Below are positions 47,546 to 58,925 of a stretch of 64,000 nucleotides of DNA, piece after piece (position 1 is the first letter of the stretch; each line of letters begins with the position of its first letter). The notes under the pieces were generated by a model, which was given only the letters and a program-made list of their open reading frames with translations, searched no databases and had not been told where the DNA came from. Source of the DNA: the human T2T-CHM13v2.0 reference genome, Homo sapiens; assembly GCF_009914755.1 (NCBI RefSeq), contig NC_060932.1; one strand, given 5' to 3'. A program made the position numbers and the translations under genes.

Positions 47546-47569
47546 AATGGCGCAATGCGACTTACCGCA

Positions 47570-47910
47570 ATTAATAATCTCAATTATTAACTGACACTAA
47601 TAATTATCAATATTAATAACCCATAATATAATTTTTAAAATCAATACCGATACTAATGATAATTAATATTAAATAGTTATACTAACAATAACAATACATG
47701 ATTAATATTAATGATTATGACGCCTGATATTAATAACTGATACGGATCTTATTCATTAGAAAATAGTAATATTAGCTCCTAATAATTAATATTAATATTA
47801 ATAATCTGAGAACTTTTTATTAGCAATTACTTCTTAATATTAATATTAATATCGGCCATTCATATTCATGTTAATAAAAAACAAGGAATAATTCATACTA
47901 ATAGTATGCC
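47570..47910. repeat. AT-rich low-complexity tract
   Basis: taat/atta-rich sequence. Confidence 0.85.
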
Positions 47911-48560
47911 CTAATACCTCAGTGGGTGTACACTCACCTGTGATATTGTTCCTAAAGTTCAGGGAGTGAGAGAGCATGATATTATGTTCAATATCGCAGC
48001 AGGTGCACACCCAGCCGGTGATATTGATCCGAATATAATCTCCAGGGGGTGGAGTATGACATTACTCCCAATATAGCACTGGGTGTGCATCCACCCGGTG
48101 ATTTTGTTCCTAATATTCATGGAAGAAGAGAATGCTATTACTCCCAACATCGTAGGAAGTGTACACCCCCGTGTGACATGGTTCTTAATAATATTCCAAG
48201 GCGGAGGGGGTGATATGACTACACATATGGCAGAAAGTGGACACCCCCAAGGATATTGTTCCCACGATCCTGGAGGGAAGAGGATGATATTACTTTCAGT
48301 ATCACAGAAGGTGGACACGCCCCCACTGATATTGTTTCTAATTGCAACGTGGGAGAGGATGATATGACACGCGATATCCCAGGGAGTAGAAACACCCCTG
48401 TGATACTGTTCTTAATATTCAGAGAGGAAGAGGATGATATGACTCCCAATACAGACGGGTGTACAACCTCTGTACGCCGGGGTGAACACCGGTGGGTGAA
48501 ACAGTTCACAATCTCCAGAGCGGGAGACGATATTACTCACAATATGATAAACAGGCTGTG
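47910..48560. repeat. SATR1/2-type ~78-bp satellite
   Basis: tgatattgtt motif recurring every ~77-79 bp. Confidence 0.85.
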
Positions 48561-48920
48561 AGTCCACCGCGGATCCTAAAAACCAGGGGGGCAAGAGGGG
48601 TTAGCTCTTACTCTCCGCATGGCGGGGCGTGCCTCACCCCCTGCGATGGGGGTCCTAAGAGCCAGGAGGTAAGATGGGAAGGCTCTTAATACCCGCATCA
48701 AGGGGCGTGCCTCACACCACTGCGATGGGGGTCCTGAGAGCCAGGGGGGCAAGAGGGGCTGGCTCTTACCCCAAGCATAGCAGGACGTGACTCACCCCGC
48801 TGCGATGGGGGAAACTAAGAGCCAGGGGGGCAAGAGGGTTTGGCTCTTACAACCCGAAACGGGGGGAGTGCCTCATACCCTGCGATGGGGGTCCTAAGAG
48901 CCAGGGAGGCAAGAGGGGCT
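48560..48920. repeat. GC-rich ~80-bp tandem repeat (SATR variant)
   Basis: tgcgatgggg at 48642, 48721, 48801, 48881. Confidence 0.85.
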
Positions 48921-49439
48921 GCGGGAGACAGCGGCTGTCCTCCATCTAAATTGCAAGAGGCTTTCCTCTTTGACTAATCCACCTCGACACAGACCCTTTA
49001 CGGGTCTCAGGCTGGGGGCCAGTCAGGTCTTTAACATCCCACGGGGCCATATTTCAGACTGTTACATGGGGAGAAACCTTGGACAATAACCTGCTTTCAA
49101 GGGCAGAGGTCGCTGCGGCTTTCGACGGTGCATAGTGCCCCTGGTTTATTGAAACTAGAGAATGGCAATGACTTTTACCAAGTATACTGCTCGCAAACAT
49201 TTGGTTAACAAAGCACGTCCTGCACAGCCCTAGATCCCTTAAACCTCGATTTTATACAACACAGGTTTTTGTGAGCTCCAAGTTGGGTCAAAGGAAGGGG
49301 CTGCGGCAAGGCAACAAATGAACAACATCTCAGCAAACCAATTGTTTAAAGTACAGGTCTTTTTCAAAATGGAGTCTCTTATGTCTTCCCCTTCTACATA
49401 GACACAGTGACAGTCTGATCTCTCTTTCTTTACCCTACA
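48920..49439 (-). mobile_element. Truncated LTR5A at the start of the FAM90A array
   Basis: homologous to ~56568-57087; joined directly to satellite. Confidence 0.9.
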
Positions 49440-51187
49440 TCCAAGGGCTTGAACATTTCTTGACTTGTTGGCAATCCAAATCGTTACGTCTCCGAAACAG
49501 AGTTGACTGAGGGGACCGCAGGGCTGGGCAGGACCTTTGACTTCCTATACATCCACAGGAGCAAGAAAACCTCAGCCCCACTCTACCAACACGCACCTAG
49601 TAAAATTCCGCCAACCGCATCTCACGCACGCTAACACGTGGGGAGCGTTGCTTGCACCACGAGTCCCCATTTGGCTCAACCGCCGATGCCAAGTGTGTGG
49701 TTCCAGTTGCGACGGCCCCCCGTGAAGTGGCTTCCGGATGTGCGAAGGAACCAGGCAGAGTTTCACTGGCCAAATAGACCCCAGCAAAGCTGAAGTTAAC
49801 TCCCACATTTGGGATGTACTTCAGAGGTAAAACATTCATCCCGTCTTCTTTCCGGATGTCTGACACCATGGTTCTCCCCCTAATCCTAAGAGTAGCTGAG
49901 GCAGAGACTCACTGAAAGATCTAGGCGGGGATATCCCATCATGCACAGGCTCTCTCCATTCTCTGACCTGGGAACAACTCTCAGCAGGATTCCACATCTA
50001 GGAGGCCTCGGAACTCAGCGGGATTTTCTGAGACACACCAACTGGCTGCTCCCTCTCCGCCGCTGTTGAGGGTCGTTATCTTGATTATCCAGATCAACTA
50101 GAAAGTATCCGTATCCAGAATGAATAAGATCAACTCTCTGCTCCTCTGACAGCAGAAGGAGCAGGACCGTAAGGAACCAAAGAGCGTGGAAGGAAACGAT
50201 GTGACAGGAAAGCTCAGAGAACGGCCACAGGGGGTCGTCAGCAGGCCTTCCAACCTGAATCATGAATAATTAATGAAGCGCAAATCAAAGGGGACTCGAG
50301 TTTCAGCAGGAGCAATTCATCCAACGGGAGATCGCCGGAGGGCCAACAAGATTGAGTGACTGGGAGCCGGGTGCAGTGTCAAAGGGGACGCGACTGGTTC
50401 CAAAGCTCGAGAAGACCTTGGGGTCCCTTGGGCTACATGAGAAAACGCCCCAGTGTGCTGGTTCATCATTCCGACTCCTGCCTGTCTCTTCCCGTCCAAG
50501 GAACATGGACCCTAAGTCGTGCAGGTGCGGATGACCATGGGCAGAATTAGGGGCCGTGGCACAAAAGTTCACCGACACGGGAGTTCCACAGAAGGTGCGG
50601 TGGATCTTCGCAAATCCAGAGACATGGCAATGGGACCCAGGGAATTACAGCCTCACAGGCGTCCGGGAGACTTTTCAGGCATAATGCCTGGAGTCGCAAG
50701 AGGAGCTGAAAAAGGAGCCAGGCACTGAAGGACAAAGCGTTGTTGACTTTCCTCATCTGTGTTTCCCAGTGCGGTCCAATTCACGGTTGTTTCCAAGCGC
50801 CTCCTGGGGGAGAAAACACATGAGGGTGCGGTCAGGGTTCTCTGCTGACAGACTTACCTTGGGGAAGAAAGAGAAGCTCTGAAGATGGATCATGGCCGTG
50901 ACTGCATGTCAAGGAGAGTCTCCTTGATGACACTGAGGCCTACGTCGAGATAGACAAAATGTGGTCCAATTAAAAGGTGTCTATTTTACCACATTTTTTA
51001 AAACAAAACAAAACAAAACAACAAAAAAGATGGAAAAGAAGACAGGGGTACAGGCACCAGTGTTACATGTCTGACGGGGAACATCTATTGTTCAAAGCTT
51101 GCAGCTGTACAAGTAGGTTTTAGAATGTCTGTCAGCAGTGGACATGATCTTAGAGTGGGCTGTGCAGATAGACCTTTCCAGGTCATG

Positions 51188-51277
51188 TAATTGGATTAAG
51201 TTAATTGCAATTAAGGTACAGGTAACTGATTAGGTTAGGGTACGTTCCATGTCAGGTGACCAGAGGCAGTATAAAAG
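51188..51277 (+). promoter_or_regulatory. Putative FAM90A promoter: homeodomain site cluster, DUX4-type motif, TATA
   Basis: TAATTGGATTA 51188, TAATTGCAATTA 51202, TGATTAGGTTA 51227-51237, TATAAAAG 51270-51277. Confidence 0.7.
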
Positions 51278-52429
51278 GCAGCCTGGAAAGCGGAGGTCCC
51301 TCTCTGCCCCTTCCTCCGTCGTCCTGGATGCTGCATCGCTTCCAGCCGGGCTGCTGCAGCACCTGCCCATCTCAGCGCCAGCCTGGGAAAGAAAGTAGAC
51401 GTGTAATTTCAGGTTGGTTTCGCTGAACAATTGTTTGTTTCACGCAATCCCTGGGGGGGTTTTGCGGGGGGTGTGGGGGAGGAAGAGACAAAGGAGGCCG
51501 AAAGAAACCGATCACACTGGGGCTTGCTGGTGGGGTAGGATGTGTTCTCGTTACTAGTAATTCTTGGAACAGAAAACGAGAAAACATATCCGTCTCCACG
51601 TGTGGGAGAAGACCAAGATGGGAATGGGAAAAGAAATGTACTGCAGCATGCTGAATTGGTGGGTAAATGGAAACAGGACTTTGGAAAAAAGGGGGGTTTG
51701 CCCTTCAGCCGTGTAAGACGTCGATACGATACGGCACTTCTTCCCCGTTTGTTCAGATGAATTCGTGTGGTGTGCGTAAAATACCAGGAAAATAAATAAA
51801 GAGGGGCTGGAGCTAAAGCCAAAAGATAGAACAGGAAAGATCCTCACCTGCTAGTGCGGTAGAGAGGAAGGTAACTTCTCTGTATGAATTTGTGCTTGGA
51901 AGTTGCCTAATGAAATGGCAAGAGTAGCGATTCAAGTTGTCACAGGAAGCATCCCTTATCTGTGACTTCAAGCAGACCTGCCAAAGGGTGGCACACGCCA
52001 TGCCCTGTGTCTTCGATCATTCTGTCCGTCAAGGGAGATAGAATCACCGTGTCTTCTACCGGAGTGAATCGTGAGAGACCTAAGTCCAGTCTCCAGAATC
52101 AGTTGTTTGTTTGGGGTTGAAAGCTCAACCCCCCCATACCTAGGCCACGGGCCCTGTGGCAGGTGGGGTTTACTCTTGGACTAGGTAGTCATGGCAGAGG
52201 AACACACAATATCCGAGGATGCGCACAGCACATTGTGTTCTACAGATTTGACCGACTGGTGGTGAGGTCTCCTCATGACCACACAGGCAGGGAGTTAGCA
52301 GGTGGCTTCCTGTGGGTGTGTGAATATCCAACGTGCTTAACCATCGACATGTGTGTGTTTGTGTGTGTTTCAGGTGGCCCAACAGTCCACCCCTGAAAAA
52401 GGCGGTCATAAAACCCCCAGGAGACGAAG

Positions 52430-55400
52430 ATGATGGCACGTCGGGACCCCAAATCTTGGGCCAAGAGACTGGTGAGAGCCCAGACCCTCCAGAAGCAGCG
52501 GAGGGCCCCAGTTGGGCCAAGGGCTCCCCCGCCCGATGAAGAAGATCCCAGGGTAAGTGTAGCCCTGGATCTCTTGGGTATCGGGGTGGGGGTGGGGACG
52601 GGGGGAGGGGGTGTCCCACGGTCCTCAGAGACTGGGTTGGATTCCAAAGAGTTCTGTCACCACCAGCCAGGTTGCTTTTCCCATCCAAGGTGGGCGTGGC
52701 TTGGGACCTTCTCCCCGGCCCGATAGGTCCCTTGAGAGACTCTTGGGGGCAACCTCCCTTTCTACTTAGAGTCCTGTGTAGCCACGTTTGGCTGCGTTGT
52801 TGACATCGGCTTCACCATCGTGCCCCTTGGAACCTTGAGTCCTTCCTTTCAGAGTTCCTCCGTCACATGGGCTTTGCGAGGGAACATCGCATCCGAACTC
52901 TCCCAGCACTTAACGGCCCCCATGCCGGTGTCCCCTCTTTGGAATCCTTATTCAGCTCTGAATTCACAATCCGTCCCAATGTTGACGTGGGATCGCTGCC
53001 TGTGGCTTCAGCTCACTCACTGACATCACTTCCTTTCCACCCGCAGCTCAAGTGCAAAAACTGCGGGGCCTTTGGCCACACGGCCAGAAGTACCAGGTGC
53101 CCCATGAAGTGCTGGAAGGCAGCCCTGGTTCCAGCGACCTTGGGGAAAAAGGAAGGGAAGGAAAACCTGAAACCATGGAAGCCCCGGGGTGAAGCCAACC
53201 CGGGGCCCTTGAACAAGGATAAGGGAGAGAAGGAAGAGAGACCAAGGTGAGCAGTGGGAGGGGTTTTCACCACTCTTAGGGTACGGCCTCCCAAGGACAT
53301 GGTGTCTCTGCACCTGCACACCGTGTGCCTTTCCGTCTCCGGGCCAGGGAAGGAACGCTGCAGAGAAATAGGCCGGAGCTCCGTGTCCTCCGGGGTTCCA
53401 CACCCAGGAGCTCCTTGGGCTCTGGGAGATTCAGGGACGGGGAGAGGCGGGGGCGCTTCGTGCAGGTTCCCCACGACAGCGGGAAAAGCGATGGAATCCA
53501 AATCACAGTCCTTAGTTGGGAAGCCTAGAGGGCCACCTGGAGGATGGGAAGGTTGGCACGTGAGGGAAGGTGCAGAGGCGGAAAGGGCACCAGATGTCCA
53601 TTTCTGTATCACAAAACACGGAATGGGGCTGGGCCCCAGACGGGGTTCTCCCTGTCTCCTGGGGAAAACCAGGGGGCACGGCCTGACCTTCTTCTGTTCT
53701 GCAGGCAACAAGACCCGCAGAGGAAGGCTCTCCTCCACATGTTTTCCGGGAAACCTCCAGAGAAGCCGCTGCCGAATGGAAAAGGATCCACGGAATCTTC
53801 TGATTATCTGAGGGCGAGTGTCACCCCGGGCCCCTGGTCTTTTTCTCCTCTAGGTCACCCTGGTTGATTTCCTTTCAGCTTCCCGTCTGCGGGAGGAAAT
53901 CGGGGAACCCCTCTTTCTTGCCTTCTTGGGGTCAGGGACTCCACGATCCTTCCAGGTCAATTGGATTCCAGGCGAAGGCATCTGAACATGCCGTATTTCC
54001 TGTTGCTTTCTTTCTGTCCAATTATGGCAAGCCTGCCAACAACACGTTCCTAGCGGCATGAGGAAATTAGTCCCTCAGAGGCCCCAAACGTGGAGAAGGC
54101 GAAACCCAGGAACATGCATGTGTTCAGAGAAGACGTCCCGAGTACCCTTGAGCCAGCAACCTGCCTTGGGAAGGGCATTAGTCCGTTCCACTTCATGGAA
54201 GGCTGAGTGGAGGCGCTTTGATCCAGTTAATGCCCAAGACGCGATCTTTTGAACAATGGTGTGCTTAGATCAGCTACACATAGCTCGAGAGCGTATCTTT
54301 CATGTGTCTTGTCCTGATCAGCACTCAGGTGGAGGGTCTGTCCCTACTTCCAAGGACCGCCTGTCGATACTGTACTAAGAATTTCATGGCGTGTGCACCT
54401 TGTCTTTGGATGTGCTTGATTTTCACGTTGGCTCCATGCTGAGGAACTTCTAACCTGTGTTGTTTCCTCTCTTTCAGGTTGCAAGCGGGCCAATGCCGGT
54501 CCACACAACCAGTAAGAGGCCGCGCTTGGACCCTGTCCTCGCTGATCGCTCAGCTACCGCAATGTCTGGCAGGGGCTCCGTCTTGGCTTCACTGTCTCCC
54601 CTCAGAAAAGCCAGCCTGAGCTCCTCCTCAAGTCTTGGACCAAAGGAAAGACAGACAGGGGCTGCGGCCGACATGCCTCAGCCTGCAGTCAGGCACCAGG
54701 GCCGCGAGCCTCTCCTCGTGGTGAAGCCGACACACAGCCGCCCCGAGGGTGGCTGCCGAGAAGTTCCCCAGGCTGCCTCCAAAACCCACGGCCTGCTCCA
54801 GGCCGCCAGACCCCAGGCACAAGACAAACGTCCTGCGGTGACCTCACAGCCCTGCCCGCCAGCCGCCACACACAGCTTGGGCCTAGGCTCCAATCTCAGC
54901 TTCGGGCCAGGAGCCAAGAGACCTGCCCAGGCTCCGATTCAGGCTTGCCTGAACTTCCCCAAGAAACCGAGACTGGGTCCCTTCCAGATCCCCGAAAGCG
55001 CCATCCAGGGAGGTGAGCTGGGGGCCCCGGAGAATCTCCAACCTCCGCCAGCCGCAACCGAACTTGGACCAAGTACGTCGCCCCAGATGGGCAGGAGGAC
55101 ACCGGCCCAGGTGCCCAGCGTCGACCGGCAGCCTCCGCACAGCAGACCTTGCCTGCCTACTGCCCAGGCCTGCACCATGTCCCATCACTCAGCGGCCAGC
55201 CATGATGGGGCCCAGCCTCTCAGAGTGCTCTTCCGGAGACTGGAAAACGGACGCTGGAGCTCCAGCCTCCTGGCGGCCCCCTCATTTCACTCTCCTGAGA
55301 AGCCGGGAGCCTTCCTCGCTCAGAGTCCTCATGTGTCAGAGAAGTCTGAGGCTCCCTGTGTTCGTGTCCCACCGAGCGTCCTCTATGAGGACCTTCAGGT

Positions 55401-55440
55401 TTCCTCCTCCTCAGAGGACAGCGATTCTGACCTGGAGTGA
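52430..55440 (+). CDS. FAM90A: FAM90A family protein, 464 aa; exons 52430-52552, 53047-53246, 53705-53813, 54478-55440
   Basis: MMARRDPKSWAKRL...CKNCGAFGHTARSTRC...SSSEDSDSDLE; 123+200+109+963=1395 nt in frame; third intron GC-AG. Confidence 0.93.
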
Positions 55441-55980
55441 GACTGCAGGTGGCAGGGGCTCCTTGGCCTCCGGCTCCCGTGACTTGGAGGGGACTGTGGG
55501 ACTGAGGAGCGCAGAGCAGAGAGCACACTCTGTGCGGTGACTCCGAAGCTCCCCGGCTGTGGCGCTTCTGTGGATGTGGGAGCCCAGGCCAGGCAGGGAG
55601 CAGATGCAGGGACTCTGCCTCATTGAATTCTGGTGAGGGACGTTGTAGTTGGCGTGGTTCTCCGGAAACGCGCCAGGAAAAGCTTCCGTGCCAGAGATTC
55701 GTTGCCTCACAAACTGCGTGACGCGCAGGAGTCAGACTTCCGCTGGGACGTCAATAGGAAACTGGGGAATTACTGTGTATTTGCTCTCTAGATGACTGAA
55801 TAAGGGAAAAGTTAGGGAACCCTGAGAGGTGCAGCCCTTCCGCTGTGCCCCGCCCTGAGAGCAGAGTTTCGGACGCTGGGAAGCGTGCTGTGCGAAGCGC
55901 TCTCGGGGTCTTTCCTCAGCCTCGAAAACTGGGCTCTGGAATGCCTTTGTACATATGTGTGTTTCATTGGTTTTGAAGTG

Positions 55981-55986
55981 AATAAA
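55981..55986 (+). terminator. Poly(A) signal AATAAA for FAM90A copy 1
   Basis: AATAAA followed by GT-rich downstream sequence. Confidence 0.65.
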
Positions 55987-56054
55987 ATTCTCAAAAAGAT
56001 GACATATTGTCTTTTGACTCTCATTCCGTGTTTGTGTGTAACTGATTTTCCAAG

Positions 56055-57087
56055 TGAAGGGGTGGCCTGCCCCTCCACACCTGTGGGTGTTTCTAGTCGG
56101 GTGGGATGAGAGACGGAGAAAAGAAATAAGACACAGAGACAAAGTATAGGGAGACAACAGTGGGTCCAGGGGACCGGCACTCAGCACACCTAGGACCTGC
56201 ACCGGCACCGGCCTCTGAGTTCCCGCAGTTTTTATTGATTGTGATTTTCATTATTTCAGCACAAAGGAATGCAGTAGGGGAGCAGGGTGATAATAAGGGG
56301 AAGGTCAACAAAAACAACACAAAACAAACACGTGAGCAAAAGAATCCATATCATTATTAAGTTCAAGGGAAGGTACTATGCCTGGACGTGCACGTAGGCC
56401 AGATTTATGTTTCTCTCCACACAAATATCTCAGCGGAGTAAAGAATAACAAGGCAGCATTACTGCCAACATGTCTCGCCTCCCGCCACAGGGCAGCTTTT
56501 CTCCGAGCTCAGAGTTGAACAAATGTACGATCGGGCTTTACACCGAGACATTCAGTTCCCAGGGGCAAGCAGGAGACAGTGGCCTTCCTCCATCTGAACT
56601 GCAAGAGGCGTTCCTCTTTGACTAATCCACCTCAGCACAGACACATTGCGGGTGTCAGGCTGGGGGACATTCAGGACTTTCCCATCCCACGAGGCCATAT
56701 TTCAGACTGTCACATGGGGAGAAACCTTGGACAATACCCTGCTATCAAGGGCAGAGGTCCCTGTGGCTTTCCACGGTGCATTGCGCCCCTGGTTTATTGA
56801 GACTAGAGAATGGCAATGACTTCTACCAAGTATACTGCTCGTAAACATTTGGTTAACAAGGCGCGTCCTGCACAGCCCCAGATCCCTTAAACCTCGATTT
56901 TATACAACACAGGTTTTTGTGAGCTCCAAGTTGGGTCAAAGGAAGGGGCTGCGGCAAGGCAACAAATGAACAACATCTCAGCAAAGCAATTGTTTAAAGT
57001 ACAGGTCTTTTTCAAAATGGAGTCTCTTATGTCTTCCCCTTCTACATAGACACAGTGACAGTCTGATCTCTCTTTCTTTACCCTACA
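56055..57087 (-). mobile_element. Full LTR5A within the repeat unit, TSD tccaag
   Basis: tccaag at 56049-56054 and 57088-57093; HML-2 LTR sequence. Confidence 0.94.
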
Positions 57088-58835
57088 TCCAAGGGCTTGA
57101 ACATTTCTTGACTTGTTGGCAATCCAAATCGTTACGTCTCCGAAACAGAGTTGACTGAGGGGACCGCAGGGCTGGGCAGGACCTTTGACTTCCTATACAT
57201 CCACAGGAGCAAGAAAACCTCAGCCCCACTCTACCAACACGCACCTAGTAAAATTCCGCCAACCGCATCTCACGCACGCTAACACGTGGGGAGCGTTGCT
57301 TGCACCACGAGTCCCCATTTGGCTCAACCGCCGATGCCAAGTGTGTGGTTCCAGTTGCGACGGCCCCCCGTGAAGTGGCTTCCGGATGTGCGAAGGAACC
57401 AGGCAGAGTTTCACTGGCCAAATAGACCCCAGCAAAGCTGAAGTTAACTCCCACATTTGGGATGTACTTCAGAGGTAAAACATTCATCCCGTCTTCTTTC
57501 CGGATGTCTGACACCATGGTTCTCCCCCTGATCCTAAGAGTAGCTGAGGCAGAGACTCACTGAAAGATCTAGGCGGGGATATCCCATCATGCACAGGCTC
57601 TCTCCATTCTCTGACCTGGGAACAACTCTCAGCAGGATTCCACATCTAGGAGGCCTCGGAACTCAGCGGGATTTTCTGAGACACACCAACTGGCTGCTCC
57701 CTCTCCGCCGCTGTTGAGGGTCGTTATCTTGATTATCCAGATCACCTAGAAAGTATCCGTATCCAGAATGAATAAGATCAACTCTCTGCTCCTCTGACAG
57801 CAGAAGGAGCAGGACCGTAAGGAACCAAAGAGCGTGGAAGGAAACGATGTGACAGGAAAGCTCAGAGAACGGCCACAGGGGGTCGTCAGCAGGCCTTCCA
57901 ACCTGAATCATGAATAATTAATGAAGCGCAAATCAAAGGGGACTCGAGTTTCAGCAGGAGCAATTCATCCAACGGGAGATCGCCGGAGGGCCAACAAGAT
58001 TGAGTGACTGGGAGCCGGGTGCAGTGTCAAAGGGGACGCGACTGGTTCCAAAGCTCGAGAAGACCATGGGGTCACTTGGGCTACATGAGAAAACGCCCCA
58101 GTGTGCTGGTTCATCATTCCGACTCCTGCCTGTCTCTTCCCGTCCAAGGAACATGGACCCTAAGTCGTGCAGGTGCGGATGACCATGGGCAGAATTAGGG
58201 GCCGTGGCACAAAAGTTCACCGACACGGGAGTTCCACAGAAGGTGCGGTGGATCTTCGCAAATCCAGAGACATGGCAATGGGACCCAGGGAATTACAGCC
58301 TCACAGGCGTCCGGGAGACTTTTCAGGCATAATGCCTGGAGTCGCAAGAGGAGCTGAAAAAGGAGCCAGGCACTGAAGGACAAAGCGTTGTTGACTTTCC
58401 TCATCTGTGTTTCCCAGTGCGGTCCAATTCACGGTGGTTTCCAAGCGCCTCCTGGGGGAGAAAACACATGAGGGTGCGGTCAGGGTTCTCTGCTGACAGA
58501 CTTACCTTGGGGAAGAAAGAGAAGCTCTGAAGATGGATCATGGCCGTGACTGCATGTCAAGGAGAGTCTCCTTGATGACACTGAGGCCTACGTCGAGATA
58601 GACAAAATGTGGTCCAATTAAAAGGTGTCTATTTTACCACATTTTTTAAAACAAAACAAAACAAAACAACAAAAAAGATGGAAAAGAAGACAGGGGTACA
58701 GGCACCAGTGTTACATGTCTGACGGGGAACATCTATTGTTCAAAGCTTGCAGCTGTACAAGTAGGTTTTAGAATGTCTGTCAGCAGTGGACATGATCTTA
58801 GAGTGGGCTGTGCAGATAGACCTTTCCAGGTCATG

Positions 58836-58925
58836 TAATTGGATTAAGTTAATTGCAATTAAGGTACAGGTAACTGATTAGGTTAGGGTACGTTCCATGT
58901 CAGGTGACCAGAGGCAGTATAAAAG
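58836..58925 (+). promoter_or_regulatory. Second copy of the FAM90A promoter module
   Basis: TGATTAGGTTA 58875-58885; TATAAAAG 58918-58925. Confidence 0.7.

Noticed and set aside
43415-47555. Domesticated gag/pol gene
   Set aside because: Fragmented by stops and frameshifts, including the RT catalytic motif.
50909-50927. Inverted repeat tcaaggaga-g-tctccttga
   Set aside because: Short, compatible with chance, and no supporting context.
53013-53811. 241-aa and 185-aa ORFs across a FAM90A intron, identical in both units
   Set aside because: Identity only reflects the recent tandem duplication, not selection.
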